NCBI GenBank assembly: GCA_026914245.1
Contig: CP110440.1
Span: 4,278,001-4,342,000 of the forward strand
Direction: 5' to 3'
Origin: Puccinia triticina
Lineage: Eukaryota
Length of the DNA: 64,000 nt
Part shown: one piece after another, positions 12,840 through 28,200 of the stretch
Layout: each line of letters starts with the position of its first letter
How positions within the stretch are numbered: position 1 is the first letter of the stretch
Program-made: the position numbers and the translations under genes
Notes under the pieces: generated by a model
What the model was told of the DNA's origin: nothing
The model's input: only the letters and a program-made list of their open reading frames with translations
Database searches by the model: none

Positions 12840-13489
12840 TAGAACAACAAGGTCTTTGATGTTGATGCAATCAATACCAACCCCAAAAAGGATTCAAACT
12901 GGTCAAAGACCACATGTTTTGATCTACTTGCAAATGTTTTGCCTTCATGTATCATTTGAAAGTTTCATTTATAAGCAAAAAAACAGTTGTTTTATGATTT
13001 TCCCAAAGAAATAATTGGTGCCCGACCCCCAGCCAAAGATGCTAGCTTGTGGAAGTTTGGAGGTGCCTGTGTGGAACTCTGTCCATGCCAGGCGGCGGCA
13101 GTTGTTGGAGGGGAAATTTGGGGGAATTCCCTCCGGGGATTGGTTGCAGAGAAATTGGGGATCAGGGAGCGATGAGGTATGGAGGGGGTTGATTTACGAC
13201 GGCGGTGAGCGCGTGTCGGCGCGGTTGTTTGTTGAGAGAGGAAAGAACCAAGAAGGAATGCTGGTTCAAGGCGCCTGCAGGAGGGATTAAGAAAGTTTGA
13301 GGGGATGGGAGAATTTTGGGGAAGGCGAGGATCGTCGGAGTGCGCCGGAAGGCAGGATCAGAATGGCATCAGAAGGATCAAGGGGTACGCCACGTGCGAC
13401 GTGCGTGATAACAGAGAGGGCCGATGGGTCGTTGGGAACAACAAGGAAACTTAGAAGGGGACGCTCAAAACACGCTGGTAGTGATGATT

Positions 13490-13810
13490 GATAAGATTTT
13501 TTTTTGATGGAAAAATTTGGTTCAGAGTTAATCCCATGCCGCCCCATGATATCATCTGAGTTCAAGCTGAACTCAGACCCTGGGGTTGTGACATGCTGCG
13601 GAACAGCTCATCATGCCCCGGGCGCACAACAAGCAAGAGAACAGGAAAGAAAAACAACACCAACAAAACAGACAAAACACCAAACAAGAAAGAAAACCAA
13701 CCCATCCCATAACCAACCATCCAACACGCACATATGAGAAACAGAACAAGGGATGAGAAAAGGAAATAAAAGAACAGAAAGAAAGAGCCAATAAAAAAAA
13801 GGAAACAACA
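13490..13810 (+). repeat. Dispersed repeat, diverged inverted copy of 56480-56790
   Basis: Shares cccatgccgccccat..tctgagttcaagctgaactcaga..gtgacatg and an A-rich tract with 56480-56790 on the opposite strand. Confidence 0.75.
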
Positions 13811-14236
13811 CCACATAGAAGGGAAGGGAACCGTTGATCCTCCAACCGTCTTGAAGACCATTGCAAGTTTTGAAGTTGACCCCGCGTGTACCGGATAGCG
13901 CACCACACAGGCTAGCGTGCACTTTTTCAAAATTGGAACCAACAACCATGCCCATGGGGAAAGGAAAATCTGGTTGCAATATGTCACTCAGGTCACTCAA
14001 ATAGATGTCACAAGAATTTATACCTGTAACAGCGGTGGGCAGATACGTTATCCAAAATTCCGCATTTTTGGTTTGTAAATTTGAATTTTGCACACAAAGG
14101 TTCAAGTTATCAGCAGGATTTAAAGATCAGGGCTTTGTAACACCATTATCTTCAATTTGTGCCAAAAATATCACATTTTTATAGAGTAATTTTCTCCTAA
14201 TCATTGATTAGGCAAAATATTTCCAGTTATCTGTAA

Positions 14237-16050
14237 CAAAGGTGGGTAGTTGTTGCTACAGTAACGCGTAACATAACGATAATGTAACGTTTTTTGGCCG
14301 TTATCGTTCTTGTTACCAGTAATGGCAGTGGGATATCAATATCACACCAAGAGTTTTTTTTTTGTGACAGCCGTTACTATATCTGAGCGCGTAGCGACAG
14401 ATATTGGGAAAGATAACAAGCAATAAAAAGCCAAAATAGGGCCAATTTGGCCTTTTATTGCTCAATAACGCGTTATCCACTGGATAACGTGTTACTTTAC
14501 TGGTAACGGTGTGGTGTTCCATATGCGTGACAATGCCAAAAGCCCATTGCAGAGGTATTATAGTAGAGGGAGTGTGTAATACAGTGCGGGGGAAGTAGGG
14601 AAGAAGGAGCAAGATGGGAGGAGAGGCCTTGACCCTCAACATTGGGAATGGAACAGGTTGGACAGTGGATGCAGAGTGTGTGGAAGAGGATGGAAGATGG
14701 CTTGGTTGCATAGCAACACATGACATCATGCAGCGCAGTACATGCATGAAAGTGCTGTGTAGCTCAAGCGCCTCATGCAGCATATATCCCTCATTGTTTG
14801 TACGCATAGTACAGCATATGCAGGTAGATAAGCTGTACAGGAAGTGTCTCCCGCAGCATAAATCCCTCATTGTTTGTACATGTAGCACAGCATATGCAGG
14901 CAGATAAGCTGTACAGGAAGTGTCTCCTGCAGCATAAATCTCTCATTGTTTGTACATGAAGCACATCATATGCAGGTAGATAAGATGTACAGGAGGCATC
15001 TCCTGCAGCATAAATCCCTCATTGTTTGTAAGGCAGTGCAGCACACGCATGCAGATGCTGTGTAGTTGAGTGTCTCCTGCAGCATAAACCCCTCGTTGTT
15101 TGTACATGCAGCGCAGTAAATGCATGAGAGGCTGTGTAGTTGAGATCCCCTGCAGCAATAATCCCTCATGGGGAGCTTCCCTGGAGCAAAAATCCCTCAC
15201 CCTTCAATATATAAGGAGGCCTCTTTCCCCCCCTCATCAGATCTTTTCCCCATCAGCCTACAGAGGTTTGGTCACAGTGGTTAGTTTAGTTACAGTGGTA
15301 GTTTAGTGGTATTTTAGTGGTAGTGGTAGTGGTAGTGGTAGTGTTAAGTTTGAGTCAGTAGTAGTAGTAGTAGTCAGGAGCTCTAGTAGTAATTAAAGTG
15401 CCTTATCAAGAGATTGTTAAGGAAGAGATTATTACCAACTTCATCAACAACAATTATAACAAGTAGTAGTAGTGTAGTAGCAACCAGGAGCTCTAGTATT
15501 GATTAAAGTGCCTTATCAAGAGATTGCTTAAGGAAGAGATCATTACCAACCTTCTCATCAACAACCCAACATCAACAACAATTGTATTTTACATAATTGA
15601 TCCCACTGGATTACATTATCCCTCCAGCATCAGAAGTTGTAACAGATCTGCAAGAATAGTGATTTGAGGAATCTAGGTCTGATAGAGATTACTATACAAA
15701 AGTAAGATCTATCTTGGAATCAGCCACATCTTTATAAATATTGATTACAAGACTCTTAGTTATTTGCATAGTACCATTAGAGGGGCAGGTCTTTCAAACC
15801 ACCCGTAAGTTGTAATAGCCTTTCAACCTATTAGCAATTTATTTCCCCCTCAGAGGATATTTTCACCAAATAAACATTTAGTGTCCCACAAGAGTCCTAC
15901 AACGGCCTCAAAAAAAGAGGCCTGTTACGTTACGCGTGATGCCGCTGTTTGCACGTTACTGCTAACAATAACGGCGCAAAAAGTAACGGCAGGTAGTTAC
16001 TTTACAAAAATCCTGCAGATATCGTAAAGTAAAGTAACTACCCACCGTTG
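14237..16050. mobile_element. Nested related element (CAA(A/C)GGTGGGTAGTT TIR, 7-bp TSD)
   Basis: caaaggtgggtagtt / aactacccaccgttg; TSD TCTGTAA at 14230-14236 and 16051-16057. Confidence 0.82.
14501..15929 (+). mobile_element. Solo-LTR-like insert with ~75-bp tandem repeats and a GTA microsatellite
   Basis: gtaacgg..cctgttac inverted ends, tandem gcagcataaatccctcattgtttgtac units (14770-15160), tatataagg TATA-like motif, and a duplicated ~120-bp block at 15375-15550. No clean TSD. Confidence 0.55.
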
Positions 16051-16601
16051 TCTGTAACTTAGTTACAGATAACTGAAAATCTGTCGTGTAATCAATGATT
16101 AGAAGAAAATTACTCAAGAAACATGGGATTTTTTTTGTTGAGATTCAAGATAATAGTGTTACAAAGCCCTGATCTTTAAATCCTGCTGATAACTTGAACC
16201 TTTGTGTGCAAAATTCAAATTTACAAACCAAAAATGTGGAATTTTGGATAATGTATCTGCCCACCGCTGCCTGTAACTTGCTTCTTCCAGCTGTTTCCCA
16301 CCACACTCAAGACAGGCATATATAAGATCATGCAAACCTCCACCCTGGGCTCTTCATGGCAAGACTTGCATAGCCTTGGAAGGCAGAGAGCTGGTGAATA
16401 TCTGCCAAGCCGGCAGTATCCAATGCATCCCAATTTTGAACACTCTAACTATAAGAAAAACTCTAGAAACTTCCAGCAGCCGATATACAGAAAGTCAAAG
16501 AAGCTTGGGGTGATACTCAAGCCTTTATCAGGGCCATTTCATCTCAGATTCAATGCACAGTCACTGTGCACATTGCAAAGTGGCTGTATGTGAAAGGATA
16601 A

Positions 16602-16823
16602 GGCCCTGTTTGGCAGCGTCATCTTACGCAGCGTAATAATAGGAAACATGCTACATTACATATGGTAAAACATGTCTTTTTAGGATAATCTTTTGAAAGT
16701 AAACCCTCATAAGGCTTGGCAGTCTACTTCCAAAAGATCAGGCAGAAAAGTAGTGTCTTACACAATGTAGGAGGACATGGCAAGATTGTTTATTGCGTAA
16801 TAATCACGCTGCCAAACAGGGCC
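16602..16823. mobile_element. Tourist-like PIF/Harbinger MITE (222 bp)
   Basis: Perfect 18-bp TIR ggccctgtttggcagcgt and TSD TAA/TAA. Confidence 0.92.
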
Positions 16824-17375
16824 TAAGAGATAATCATGTGTTAAGGGACACCAGGGACCAAAACAAAGGTGGCTAGATATTGTGCATTTTCAAAATGAAA
16901 AATGTGAATGCCTTTCCAATCTTCATCTATGCCCTTGATTGGACGTAGCCTGTGGGCTACCCGCAGGCCACCCGCGTGGCCCATCTTTCCCAAAGCGGTT
17001 CAGGCTGGATACAAGATTGGGATGTCTTGACCCGGCCCGGCCTGTCCAGAATTCAAGCGGGTTAAGCCAGGCTAGCCCGCAGGCAGCTCGCTCCCGGCGA
17101 ATTATCATCCTCAATTGGAAGTGTCTGCAAAGCGGACAGCTAAACGGGTTTGACTTGACTCTGCTTGCCAGCACATTCAAAAGAAGTAAAGAAATGTATA
17201 ACAGACCCATGTTGGGTTTGACTCCTACCTCACCCATGATCAGTTCTCCAGTCAAGCATGTCTTAAAAGTTCAGCTGCTAAAGCAAAGAACCATACTGTT
17301 GATAACTACAATCCAATTCTTGTATGGCCTGGTTGAAAGTAAATGTAGGATGAAATGGTTGGTGTGGGTTGGTGT

Positions 17376-18132
17376 TTAACAACTTGTTGGCCCCTTTAGA
17401 TAATCAAGATATAGCAAAAAAAGCATAAACAAGGAATATATGGCCATTTGTTTAAATCCACACGCATGCACGAGTCTGTAGATTGGCGGGTGTGCAATGA
17501 GTGCGACCCTGTTTTCCAATGCCGGGGCTTCTTCTCCCAAGACCGATCGCCGACAAACCGGGCAAACGGGCTCTATTCTCTTGGCTTCCTCGATGCAGAT
17601 TTTGTGGAATTCATGGCCACACCCCTCCCATGATGTGATTTTTTCACCTGATCCCCATTCCGCCAAGCAGATTGGGCAAGTGTCGGGTACATCAGCAATA
17701 ATGTTCCTATTGTGTTCCGGATGAGATGAGCTCAATATTAAAGGCTCTCGGTTTTCTTCTGAATTCTATGAACGATAGCCACATGGTTCAGTCAAAATGA
17801 ATCTTTCATCAGAAGCAATCCAGGACGGTAACTTACCCGAGGATTGGATGGGCGAGCTAAGCCCGCGACTTGTCTTTGCGGCTCATGATCTGAAGTAGAG
17901 CTAGCTGTTTCGAAGTCTTGTGAGCTAGTAAAATCTTGGCCTTCTTTCAAACCAACCCGATTCAGTTGGTCAAGATGATCCATCGCCAAGCACCTTCCAA
18001 CGAAAAGCTGTCAAAAAATAAAGCATCATGCATTGTCTCAGACTCTACAACAACAACAAAAAGGAAAAGTAATGAATGGTTCACCGTTCCATATACCAGG
18101 TAAAGAATCAACCGGGCCGCCATGGGAAACAT
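17376..18132 (-). CDS. Predicted secreted RING-H2 finger protein with C-terminal hydrophobic segment, 3 exons
   Basis: Spliced MFPMAARLILYL/LFVGRCLA-MDHLDQ..SNPR/NSEENRE..CPIC-x15-CGHEFHKIC-x10-CPVC..MAIYSLFMLFLLYL. Introns gtatat..gacag and gtaagt..catag keep the frame. Confidence 0.8.
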
Positions 18133-19069
18133 TGAAATATGAACGGCTTGAACGGCAAATGGTTTGGGTTGAACGATCGGATTAAAAGCCGAGCAGATTG
18201 TCAAAAAGCAAGTGTCTCCTCTTCGATTTCAAGCTCACTGAAGGTGGATACGCAAGGATTTGCTTGAAAGACGGAGGATCCTGGAACGGAAAGAAGCATG
18301 TGAGATGGGACCTCTATTCTATAGCGTATCCCATGTGGCGCCTGAGGACAAACCCACGAATAGTCGACTTTGAATGAATAGTCTGACACATGGAAAAGGG
18401 TCGGAAGAAGGGCTGTGTAATTAGACTGCAGTGATGCACATGTACTCAACTTTACCCTCAACCATCTTTAATCCCGCGAACTCCCGCGAATCAAGGAGAA
18501 TGGGGGTGCTCCAACAAGGCCCAAACCAACTCTGCTGCATGAGCCAACTCGGGCGGAATTCATCAAGCCGTTATATGCCGTTGTTATTGGAATGACGATG
18601 CCATTTCGTTCTCCCTTCTTCTGGCAGGAACAAGAGTATTGAAAAATTTACATTTCCCCCTCATAACCAAGTGTCACTCTGACTGTATGGAGAAACGGTT
18701 GATGTTTGTAGCGTGTCTAGAGCCGCGCCGATGGCAGATTTGAAGAGGTAGTGGATTCGCGTTTTAGGATAAAAGTGTAACCAGCAAGCAATGTGGAAGC
18801 CGATGTTCCAAGAAGTGTATGTGGTTTCAGTCTCAGACCAGCAAGTGAAGTCGGCCAGCGTGATCACGCGTCCGGGAGAAGCAAATAGCCCCAGGAACGT
18901 CAGCGAGATGTCTGCGGATCCAATGGTGCAGCGGTCAACTCAGAGCCCTCGCAGAGGATGGTGACCGTAGAGGGTTCCATCCTGCTTTCTTATTCATTGC
19001 TCGCGTGCCTTCCTCGGCAAGTTGCACGGCTGCATTGTCGTTGTTGGGGGGCTTTACATATCCGCCAAG

Positions 19070-19530
19070 AGCCTGTGAGCTTTGTCAGGCTTTGTCCCTC
19101 GGCGCCCGGGGCAGCACGTCCCGGCTACTGAGGAGGAATCCTCCGCGGTGATCCGGTACAAGGTGCCGGCCACCGAGGTGGGATCCTACTCAAGGTGTAC
19201 CGGCTATCGGCGAGGAATTATACTTGGTGATCCGGTACCAGTTATACCAATTACCCTGGAGCAGTTCTTTTAACTTTGGCCACCCGGGAGATGGTGCACC
19301 CGATTTATCGTTTGCCCTAGCGGACTCTTTGACGACCCGGCGGCAAGCCCTCAACAACCCGGTACAAACTGCATCCTCCCGGCAAGAAGCCATCCTCCTC
19401 GAAACCCGGTACTGCTTGTACCGGGTCGGCGAAGAGGACTCCTCCTGGACAGGAAAGTCCATGAATCGAGGCCAACACCGTCACATATTTCCGGCAAAGA
19501 CAACACAGAAATCACCACTGCAATCTGCCC
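19070..19530. repeat. MITE-like segment with ccggtac/gaggag repeats
   Basis: Repeated ccggtac motifs in both orientations; termini not resolved. Confidence 0.4.
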
Positions 19531-19940
19531 AAACCATGCGGAAATAAATAAATAAACACGATCACCGACTATGTATTTCATGAGTTTGTATAAAGAGAAC
19601 CAAATGAGAAAGAGTCACGGAGGCCAAGTCCATCTAATAGACGCAAAGAAAGAAAGAAAAGGAAGCGTATGGAGAAAGGAGAGACCCAGAACGTGCTAAT
19701 AAATATATAAATAAATATGTATGTACGTGTTCGAGGCAGACTAAGAGAATATAAATAGGAAGAGGGAGGGAGAGAGAGGTTCATTGGCCTCGGATCCGAC
19801 GCATAGACTTGCGAGAAAAGTAGGAACACACGCGTCCACTGCCACATACATACACACTCAAGGAAAACCACCTCTCTTAGTTTGCACAAAAAAAACAAAA
19901 TCCTCTCAGAGTGCGTTTGTTTTTTTGCTGTTCAGTTACC

Positions 19941-22727
<2,787 letters not shown>

Positions 22728-23755
22728 GTTTTGGGATGTGGATGGGTGGGGAGGGAGATGAGGGGTGGGGAGGAGGGAGGGGGGTGGCCGTTCTGATGGG
22801 GTGGGCTCTGGCTTTTTAAGCACTCGGCGGGCTGTGAAGTGAAGGCTGGCTCAGGCCGCGCAACAACAATCACACCATCACCATCCCACCAGCAATCCCC
22901 GCCCCCATACCCCCGCCCAGAAACTCAATCCACTGCAGCATCACATCAGAAAACATCTACCCACTGGGGCCCACTCAAACACAATATCTACATCCCTTCA
23001 AGCACTATCAACATATGGAGAAGCCAATCTCAAAACAATCAATAAGTTCTATTTCACAGATTAATGGGATAACCAAATGTTCAGAACTAAGGAAATCATC
23101 TAGAAAAATCATGCTGAATCTTTCATCTTTCAAAGCTCCAAAATAAAATGATCACATCACATGTTCCCAACTGAAATATCATAGCTAGCTGAGACTCAAT
23201 GGAAATATGATGGCAACCTGAGAGAATTAGAAAAGCTGGTATTTTTCAATCCTTTATACCCTCACCATCTTGCATTGTGTGACTAAGTTTTGGGGGAGCA
23301 AAAGATGTAAAATCTGATCATGGAGAACCAGGGCAGGAACCTTCATGTTTTTGTCTTGGGGCCGTAAGTTGAGTGACACTCCTGCTTGCAGCTTCATCCC
23401 GTGCCACACACCCCCCACTGTACAGAATCCCTAGTTACTGCATGTTAGTCTTGGACAAATCATCACTGATCAAGGAGATGGGGATGGATAGCGGAAAAAA
23501 TCCAAACAAGAATCAAATTCATCCAGAGATCAGTGAGTGAGCCTTCTTTTAATAATTCACCCACCAAAAGCAAATCTAGGACTCCCTCCCTTCAGTTGGT
23601 CCCACGCAACAAGTTTCTCAGGGATGGAGGGGTTAAGTTGGTGAGCTACAGTTTACCAGTTCTGAGCTTTTTGTAACTCTCTCCGAAACCCCCCGAACCA
23701 CGGACTACCAGTCTACCAGCGATCTGAGGCGGGGATCCCCGCCTCGCATTCCGCT

Positions 23756-25252
23756 ATGACCGACCCGGCTGGACCACGACAATCAGACAAGATGGAGGAA
23801 CGGACACAGCTTCGCCGGACTAATTTCAAGCTCGGTCTGGTCATGGATGAATCGGGCCAGGAGAAACGGAGACGGGAAGCCCTGGCGGTCCAAAGAGCAG
23901 TCAGTATTCTCCGCACATAAATCTTGAGAGGCTGGAATTCTTACAGATCATCCATTTTGCTTTCGATGCTTAGCGCCGCTCAAATACGTTTGACTCTATC
24001 AGAGGAATCGAAGACCTTGCGGATTGTTTTCTGGGCGAGGATGATGATGGAGATCTTGATTCGGAAGGAAGATACGACGATGCAGACGAGGAAGAAGATG
24101 TCCAGAATCCCCCGAAAGTCGGCCAACACCATCAAGCCAATGAAGACCAATCAATTTCGACTTGCAAACCAAACAAGTATCGTAGGTTTCGCGACCGATG
24201 CATGAGGGCTGAATTTCTAGACCTCTCGTCGGGTCTGCCTGCTTGGTTCGAGGAGGACTGGATCTTGGTCGGCCCGGTACCTAAAGGCAAACGATGTCTA
24301 GCGTTAACTCTGAACGATCAAACCCGATCCTCATACGGCGGTACGTATCCGATTGATTGATGCACTTCTTTCTTATTTATTCTTTCGCGAAGTGGTGAAC
24401 GTTAGAGTTTCGAATTATTAATGTTTTTGCAATGCGATCGCCCCACCCTAGGGTGATTTATGCCTCGAAAACTTAAGGAAACATGTCTACCCTCTTGCTG
24501 AGTCGACAAAACGCTCACCAAATCGGCCATTTTAACACTAACTTGCCACCGGGCTGCATTGTTGATTGTATCTATGATCTTCCTAATTGCATTCTATGGG
24601 TCCTGGATATCCTCAAATGGAAGGATCAAGCAATGATTGATTGCGAAGCTAGTTTCAGGCAAGTCTTCGTTTCAACCAACCGAGTACTTTTTTTTTGAAA
24701 TTTTCTCGAGTATCTTGCACACCCTTACTGATCGGATGAAAAAACCTTTTTTTAGATTTTGGTGGCGTGATGCTAAGTTATCTGAACTCGTTCCACAATC
24801 TTGGCCGACTTCGGCGACCCTGCTATGCACATCAATACCTGCGTTGAGCGATTTTTCCAAGACCCAGGTAGCCGAAATAGCGGCGAAGATGAGCACATGT
24901 TCTACAGCTACGCGTGAGATGACAGTGCGACCAAATGATGGTACCCATTCGAAATCTTTGCACTCCATCAACTATGAACACGATGGTCTGCTCTTCTACC
25001 TCAAATCTGCCACCTATGAGTCTGGCGAAAGTGTGTTGGCTGGCTGGGTCCCACTGCATGTACCTGAAGAAAATTCAGATGTACATGGGATCTCTAAACT
25101 CAAATGGTATGCACTTACAAAATCATCCTATCAATCACAAACCAGTCCAAGGCAAAGCGTATTAATCCATCAATTCATTTCCCTCTTTGAAAATTGCAAG
25201 GCTTTGTGAAAATGGCCGAGATGAAATAGAAGAATGCCAAATGCAGAGTTGA
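23756..25252 (+). CDS. SNUPN: Snurportin-1 (m3G-cap snRNP import adaptor), multi-exon
   Basis: IBB-like QEKRRREALAVQR, WILVGPVPKGKRCLA, LPPGCIVDCIY..WVLDILKWKDQAMIDCEASFR/FWW, and DGLLFYLKSATYESGESVLAGWVP. The last exon and stop are inferred. Confidence 0.85.
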
Positions 25253-25276
25253 GAAGTTCGATTGGGTGTTTAGGAG

Positions 25277-28200
25277 TGTTGTAGCACGGAGACGTAATAT
25301 GACATTATGTCCCATACTACAGTGGTCGACGTAAGTCATAGTGTCATGACTTACCATAGACATGGGACTATCCCATGTTACTCGACTCGACAGCTGTTTG
25401 TATTTACATAACTCATGTATATAAATACAAACCTTGTTTCTCTCTTTTGTGTATTCTCATACATTCCTCTCAGTCAATTCACTCGTATACACATTTTCCC
25501 ACTGTCAGGCTCCAATAGGTTATGAGCACTTTCTTGTCTTAAAATAGATACATACGGAGTTCTGACTATATTCGGTATATAGTACAATAAAGGTTTTTCT
25601 GTTTCTACGTTTTTCTTTCTACGGAGTATCTCTACGGTTTTTTCTCTTATACGGATCATATCTCTACTATCGTCTAAAGTCACATTTTTTTTTTACTATA
25701 AGCATCATTTTCCTCAGTAACATCTTTACCGCTACACATACATTTCGCAAATGGCACCGGTCAACCGTTCCCCCAGCTCCATCGCCACCAGGTCTTCTGG
25801 TTTGGGTCCAAACGCAGGATCCAGCAGCAACGCCGCCGGGAAACGCGTAGCAAGCAGTCCCACGGGATCCGACAATGAGCGAGAAACGGTTTGCGCAGGA
25901 CAAGACTCGGCACCTCATGTCAGTTCGACCTCTCAAACCATACCGGTACCAGCCGCGGCTCCTTTGGACGAAGAAGAGCCTGCTCCAGACTTTTCGTACG
26001 CAATGGACAATCGCCACCGAGAACCCATCACGAAGAACGCTTATCTCCGTTTTCCCGAAACTTTCCGGCTCATGTCAAGCGGAATTAACTACCGGGATTG
26101 GCTCAAGGATGTCCAAGACATGGCGGATTTCAACCTGGAATACAAAGAATATTACTTCAAGGACTTTTCCCGTCACCGTGTTGATAAGATTGCTCGGGCA
26201 ATTCTCTTAACATTGCTATCCCAAGAAATCAAGGCCGAGGTCGATGGCTTGGACAGCAGTTTCGAAATCATGAATGCTATACGCCGCCGGTTCACAACAT
26301 TCAGTCGGGCGGCTCAAATGAATCGTTGGGATAGTCGATTACGTGCGATCTGTCGACCCCGGCTACTTCAGTTGCAGCCACCTATCAACGCCAATTCTTA
26401 GATTTTACCGAATCTGGCGCCGTTCTCACGAAGGATTTCCTTTTCGGTGTGCTTCTTCAGGGTTCGCTTGGTCACAATACCCCGCTCCGACAGGAATTCG
26501 ACTATCGTGTCGATCAAGAATTAGCTGCAAGAAGACAAATTCCATTACTTTTTGTGGAGATGATCGACATCCTGAACGACTGCCAAGAAAAGATAAAGGG
26601 CCGTGAAGCTGCTCAACAACGACACATCGCCCCCAGTACCTTCGCTGCCGAAGCGACGGCTCAAGCTCAACGAAGTGCATCCGTCGAAAGCCATCCCGAC
26701 AACGTGTACACCTTGGCCGGTCGACCAGAAAATTTCAGGACGCCAGCCCCTCAACATTGCTTCCGATGCGGTTCCGGTGACCATCTCATTGGTGTCTGTC
26801 CTGTGCCAGCGGCACCAAATCAGCAATCCAACCCGAATCAAAACCATCAGTATCCGGCTCCGCAATATACGGCTTACTACCCGATCCTGGCGCCCCCTGT
26901 TCCGCCTACCGGCTTTCATCCATTGCCAGCAAAACCGGCTCCGTCTCCGGCCTCGAATCTCCGACCAGCTGACATATACAGACCTGTTTACCCTAAGAAC
27001 ACCAGGGCGAGCTCAAGCCAGCGACCAGCTGCAAGAGAGGCTGAGGTCGAGACACCGAACGAGCAACCATCAGCTCAGAACATGGAAGTCGACGGAATTG
27101 ATGGCCAACCGATGTTCAGCGAATTGAACTTTTCCGCTGTTTCCCCCTCCGCGTACGCTGCTTCCCCTGCCCTGTTTGATACAGGTGCTACTCACCATCT
27201 GACCGGTGATATAAAAGCTCTGTCAAATGTACAAACGCTGAAATCCCCTATTCCCCTTCGCGTTGCTACTAACGGACCCTCCCGTTTTATCACAGCAAAG
27301 GGAACGCTCACTTTTCCTGGGGCAAATTCAACGCTTACGGTCATCAATGAGGTGCTTTACTGCCCGCATGCAGCTCACACGCTCATCTCTCCAGCAGCTC
27401 TCCGTTTAGCAGGTTTTTCTTTTTCCTTCAAATCCGACTCTTTTCACATTTCGCACGGCACCCGATTCTGGACCAGCTCAGTCCTCAACCCCGCTAATCG
27501 GAAATGGGAGCTTCCTGCACCTATTCGGACATCAAATTCTTCACCGGAGCCTACTTTTTCTATGACTGTCTCTCAACCACTTGTGTCCTCATCCCCTGTT
27601 CCCTATCCCACTTCTGTCATTACTGTTCCATCCCTGCCCCATTATCCCTCGAATCCCAACCCACCACTGTCTGTCGTTTCTCACGCTGTAACCAATCCCC
27701 CTGTGCCTTCCTTATACAATCTGCCTGCCCCTTCCGCCCACGTTGTCCATAACCCCAACGCTGTATCCGTACTTACTGCAAATGATACTCGTAACGCTGT
27801 GCCATTTGAATTCTCGGTGCCGGTTGCTACTTCGCGACCCTTTGAGTTACCAAAGCTTACCGCAGATGAAGCTTTGTTACTGCATGTTCATCGACGTTTT
27901 GGACACGCAAGCCTTCGAACCATTCGTCGAATGATGGCCCTTGGAGTGGCACTGGGACTGCCAAAATCTCTGCCAAAAGGCGACATTCAATGCCCGGCAT
28001 GCATGATATCGAAAAGCGTGAACAAAAATACCCTGACTTATGACAAACGCGATTTTCGGCCTATGGACGCCTGGAACGTAGATCTTGTAGGCCCGTTTGA
28101 AGTACCGGCGGTTGGAGGAGGACTCTACGTACTCACTATTCGCGATATCGGGTCTGGATACGCTGAAGTCAAAATCTTGACAAAAAAGAGCGAAGCGGCC

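Larger units (their letters stand above)
14030..16269. mobile_element. Foldback DNA element (CAGCGGTGGG TIR, 7-bp TSD) carrying nested inserts
   Basis: ~200-bp inverted arms (14030-14236 vs 16058-16269); TSD CCTGTAA on both sides. Confidence 0.85.
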
